Made by a program: the position numbers and the translations under genes
In this document: piece after piece, positions 59,701-64,000 of the stretch
Layout of the letters: every line of letters begins with the position of its first letter
Numbering within the stretch: the first letter of the stretch is position 1
Notes under the pieces: model-generated
What the model saw: only the letters and a program-made list of their open reading frames with translations
What the model was told of the DNA's origin: nothing
Databases searched by the model: none
Source of the DNA: Podarcis bocagei
Taxonomy: Eukaryota
Strand: one strand, 5' to 3'
DNA length: 64,000 nt
Assembly: GCA_964188305.1 (NCBI GenBank)
Contig: OZ076900.1

Positions 59701-62700
59701 GGCTCACAGCCTACAGTATATCAGAACATACTAAAACATCAAACATTAAAATATATTGCCTAATAGCCCCCGTTCCACTTATGTCACTCTTACGTATTTA
59801 CATTTATATATCACATTTAATAGTCCTTAGGTGTTTTCATTTAAGAAAAAGTGAACCTAAAGCAACTTAAAATATAATACAATCTATATCCCTGGAATGT
59901 TTGTCATTTGCCTTTAGAAATTAAGGGAACCGATTTTAAAAGAAAAGGCACAACGTACAACTAACCAACTGCACGGAAGCCAAAAGGAAGGTCTGCAAAT
60001 AGCCAGTTGTGATTCTCAGCAAGATGGTTAGGATACATGCCCCCTTAAATGAATGCCTCCTAAAGCCCATCACAGATGGTCACGAGAAGGGTTAGGATCC
60101 CCCCCCCCAGCCTCCTAAGTACAGTGGTACCTCGATTTATGAACTTAATCCATTCTGGAAGTCCGTTCTTAAACCGAAATGGTTCTTAAACTGAGGCGCA
60201 TCTTCCCTAATGAGACCTTCCGCTGCCGGTGCCCTTCCACCGTTCGTATTCCGTTCTTAGACTGAGGTAAAGTTCTCAAACTGGGACACTATTTCCGGTT
60301 TTGTGGAGTTCGTAAACCAAATTGTTCTTAAACAGGACTGTTCTTAAACCTCTTGAAATCTATTTCAAATTGGAGATTGTTGATGCGTATATTAAGAGAA
60401 TGAGTTTAATGAGTTTTGGGTATGGCCCGTAGTTGAGTGTGATGGTTTCCAGAAGCCAACCGCTAGGAATGTCCTAGCACCTTTGGAGTATAGTTTTAAG
60501 AAGCTCAGCTACTTTACCACTCATTTTCTTACAGTAATTACTTCTGTATGTCTGTAAATAAAATCTGTACATACTGCATTTCTGCCCTACAAAACAGGAG
60601 CCCCAACAAAATATCTGACCACAAAGATTAAGACACTAAAAAGCCATGTGTTTGTGTATATATGCATACTAAGGATATTGTAGATTACATGCAAAAAGCA
60701 CGCAAATACGAAGTGACTCCTGGGTCAAAGGGCATGTTGGGATGAAGTTGGCTGTCTGTATATGGTCAGGGGTATAAGGTATGGGACAGGGCTTTGGTGC
60801 CCTGGCCCAAGCCTCATTACACCTAATTTGCTGAACTATCTGATTTTGCTCAGTGACTGTTTGGACTGTCTTGTTCTTCTCCAGCTGTGCTTGCACGGCC
60901 CCTAGCGCAAGAGAAATGTATTGGCATTCAGCTGCAGATTGTGCAGTTTCTGTCTAAGATTGATGAAGATTGGACCATTGATCCCGAGACCAAGTTAATG
61001 CCTCTTGAAGATGCCCTTGTTATTTTGGATAAGATGAAGGATGAACTGGACTTAAACAGTGACGTAGCAGAAGAAATAAGAAAAAAAATAAAGGAAGCGG
61101 TAAGTGTTAGCATTTCCTCTTCTGTAGTCACTGATTACTGTTTCTCAGCCTAGTTAGAAAGTAAGAGGACAGCTGCCTTTAAGTTTCAAAATGCAGTATA
61201 TTTCAGAAAGGGTTTAATTAAGGTTCTAATTCAATGCCAGGATTAACTCTTGCCTATTTTTCTCCATGCTTAAATTAAGCTTTTAAATAAGTTCACAAAA
61301 GTTAGTAGAAGCAAGGAGGCAAGATTCCTATATGGTGGGATGAAATGAGAGAGAAATGTATGCTCAAAGGTGCCTGAGTTTATTGGAACTCAGCATGTTT
61401 TCCTTCTTTGGGAAATCCAGGGTAATCATGGAAAAAATGGCTTCTTGACTGACTCTCCTAAGGCACCCATTATTTCAATGTTGTTAGCCTACAGATATTT
61501 AAGTAGCTTGCCTTACTTGAATTTAAAAATAATTTTCTTGAATAAGTGATCTAATATTACACAATGAAAACCCACTGAGTTGAAAATGTAAAGCAGATCT
61601 AGAAAACTGCCGGGGGGTTGTTCCCAAACAGTATCTTCTTAGATTAGGAACATTTCCCCAAAATCTTCCTTGCAAACCATTATTTTGTCTTTCTTCTTCA
61701 GGCTGTCATAACCTGCATTAAAAACAAAAAATATGCACAAGCCAGAATGATCTTGAATAAGCACATGACAAAGGACCCAAGTTCAAAGGTGAGCTTTCAG
61801 CAGGTATGAGTAGTTCATGTTGCAATTGTTGTTGTTGAAATGTGCCTCTTGTAGGGTCATTTCACTACAAAGCAGAGTCATGGTTTGTCCTTCTCAAATT
61901 CTCCTATTCAGTGTCTTAAATACTCTCTGCCCTGCGCTGCAATTTGCTTGCAAGTTCTGAAAAACATTTCCCTTTTCTTAGAAAATGAGGTCAATGTTGC
62001 AGAGAATCATCCAAAGAAAAAACTTAAGTCACCGAGCCATCCGGAACTTCTGCTGCAAAGTTTTCCAGCAGAGAATACTTCTGTCTTTAGAAAGCTGCTG
62101 GAGTGTCCCTGAGCCCTTTCTTTTAGAGGTAAGCAAGGGTATGGGGTGTTGTTTGATTGTTGTAGTAGTGGGAGGACTATAGCTCCGTAGCCGAGCATCT
62201 GCTTTGCATGCAGAGGGTCCCAAGTTCAATCCCTGACATCTCTAGCTAGGACTGGGAATGTCCCCTGCTTGGAACCCTGGAGAGCCACCGTCACTCAATG
62301 TGTGGTGATATGTGAGCCAGCCTTTTTTTCTTCCGATGTTCCCGTGTGTTGCTGGAGCACTTGAATATCACCCACATTGCCACAGCAGAGCTCTTGCCGT
62401 CTAACCACTGTGATCAAAAAAGCACATTCAACACCGGAGGCTTAAGACAGGAGCCTTCTCCCTGGACAAACTATTATGTGCTTGGGAAATATTTTTGTGA
62501 AGAGCCAAGTGCCCCACTGCAGAACAGAACAGGGCTGCAATGTCACATTTGACATATATCAAGCTTGTAACTTGACAGTGTTTTGGACTAGCAATACCCA
62601 ACAGCTCCAGCATCATGAGGCTGTGCTGACTGGGACTTAGGGGAGTTGTAGGTAAAGCATCTTCAGGGCACCAGCTTGGGCATGGCTGCTGTATAGATGT

Positions 62701-64000
62701 AGAAAAAGAAAAAGAAAGTAGAGAAGTGTTGTCTAGTAACTGTGTTCACACTCTCTGTTTAAGATGGCAAAAAAGGATTTGGACGATCAGATAGAGACCG
62801 GGCTCAGTCCTTTGGAAATGGCCAGCAAGGAGGAAATGGTGAAAGAAACTTCAGAGTTGGCAGCAGCAGATAAGCCTGAATCTGTGGGAAGATCTGATGA
62901 GACTTTGGAAGAGCCCAGGCCTGAGGGAGGGCTTAGCAATATAGCCGAAGAACAACCAAAGTCTCTGGAGGGAGGCCGTGAGACAGTTGCAAGGCTTTTG
63001 ATGGAGGCAAAGGGAGCTGTTTTGGAAGTTGCTAAAGTGGTTGATGAGTGCCAGGCAGCTTCAAAGCCAGAAGAAGAAACCAGTGGAGCTGCAGAGCCTG
63101 CTATAGTTGCTGATGCCACTGTCTCAGCAGCTTCCAGTGACACGGACAGGTTAGCAGCCTATGGCCTCTCCCAGTTTTGACTCCTTTGCCATGCCGGGCA
63201 GCTGTTTTGCCATACAACTTCTGGCTCTCAGCACTCAAACCCAAATTGCACCTGCTGCCAGGGGAACAAGGTCTTTGGGGTGAGGTCAACAACATAAACT
63301 GGCAAAACTTGTGGAGCAACCTGCTGATGTTTCTTTATTTTGCAGATGCTCGCCTAAGAGGATGGGCTCGCATCCAGGTTTGGCTTCTGATTTCCACGCA
63401 GCCAAGGGCCAAAGGGAGGAGGAGAACCATGCTGCCTCCAGGCCACACCCTAGTGAATGCTCAGTGTCCACAAGCACACGGGTTATGGGGTCAGAGAGCG
63501 GGAACCCCCCAACTTCCTTCCAGGTTTCATCCAAGAGGCCTGCGGCAACTTTGGATGTCCAGACAACACAGCCCCAAATACCCACCCAGCCTGATGATAC
63601 CTCCCAATCTCCCAGGTAAGAGTCCATGACTGCTGTGAGGTCTGCTGGGGAGCTGGCACAGCATGAAGCATTTGGTGCCGCTTTCGCCTTTGCAAGGAAT
63701 CCATTCGAAGGCCTTAGGCCTCAGCCCAGAAGCTCCAAGGAAGGCAAAGGTGGTTTGCAGTGGTAGGGTTGCATTGCTGTGCATCTTCTCCCCCAGCTAG
63801 TAGAATCAGGTGGCGAGAGAATCAGGTTGACATACCTTGTCTTAATCTTTATTACTCAGATTGCAAAGACAGCAGAACTGACAATACGGTTTCTGGCCCC
63901 ATTAAAGACTGCTAAACAAATTTATTGTGGCAGAAACACCTGTGCCAGACTCTGCTTTGTCAGATGCCTGGAATGTTAGCTTCAGTTGCCAGACAAAAGG
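56543..64000 (+). repeat. ~10.6 kb tandem segmental duplication, unit 3 (partial)
   Basis: Near-identical to unit 2 up to the window edge. Confidence 0.95.
59130..63615 (+). CDS. TERF2: TERF2/TRF2-like, array copy 3 (exons 1-6; continues past the right edge)
   Basis: Exons 59130-59298, 60885-61099, 61702-61788, 61982-62128, 62764-63149, 63346-63615; open frames. Confidence 0.9.

Overview
Vertebrate genomic DNA, very probably from a squamate reptile. It carries Sauria SINE, BovB and abundant TA-flanked CAGTGGTACCTC MITEs; a lacertid lizard is my inference. The window has three zones. (1) 1-14.4 kb: the 5' part of ADAMTS13 on the minus strand, 11 coding exons with consistent splice phases, running from the signal peptide through a long propeptide, the furin site RYRR and the zinc motif HEIGHSFGIQHD to the disintegrin-like domain. 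(2) 14.4-35.3 kb: repeat-rich intergenic DNA, including a full-length non-autonomous L1 derivative with TSD and a ~12 kb complex satellite. The satellite has a ~975-1020 bp higher-order unit with ~185 bp subrepeats and contains a hAT transposon end. (3) 35.36 kb to the window end: a head-to-tail array of near-identical ~10.6 kb units (two complete, a third running off the edge). Each complete unit carries an intact 9-exon TERF2/TRF2-like shelterin gene (546 and 555 aa) with a CpG-rich promoter, TRFH domain and telobox Myb domain. This TRF2 paralog is divergent. TERF2 exons 2 and 3 are fused with loss of 4 aa, the F120 docking residue is Ile, no RAP1-binding motif is recognisable, the TIN2 motif is degenerate, and a poly-Ser tract differs between copies (8 vs 17). 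It also sits at a non-canonical locus next to ADAMTS13. This ampliconic TRF2-like array is the main candidate for an undescribed system. Comparisons to human proteins are from memory and need confirming by alignment.
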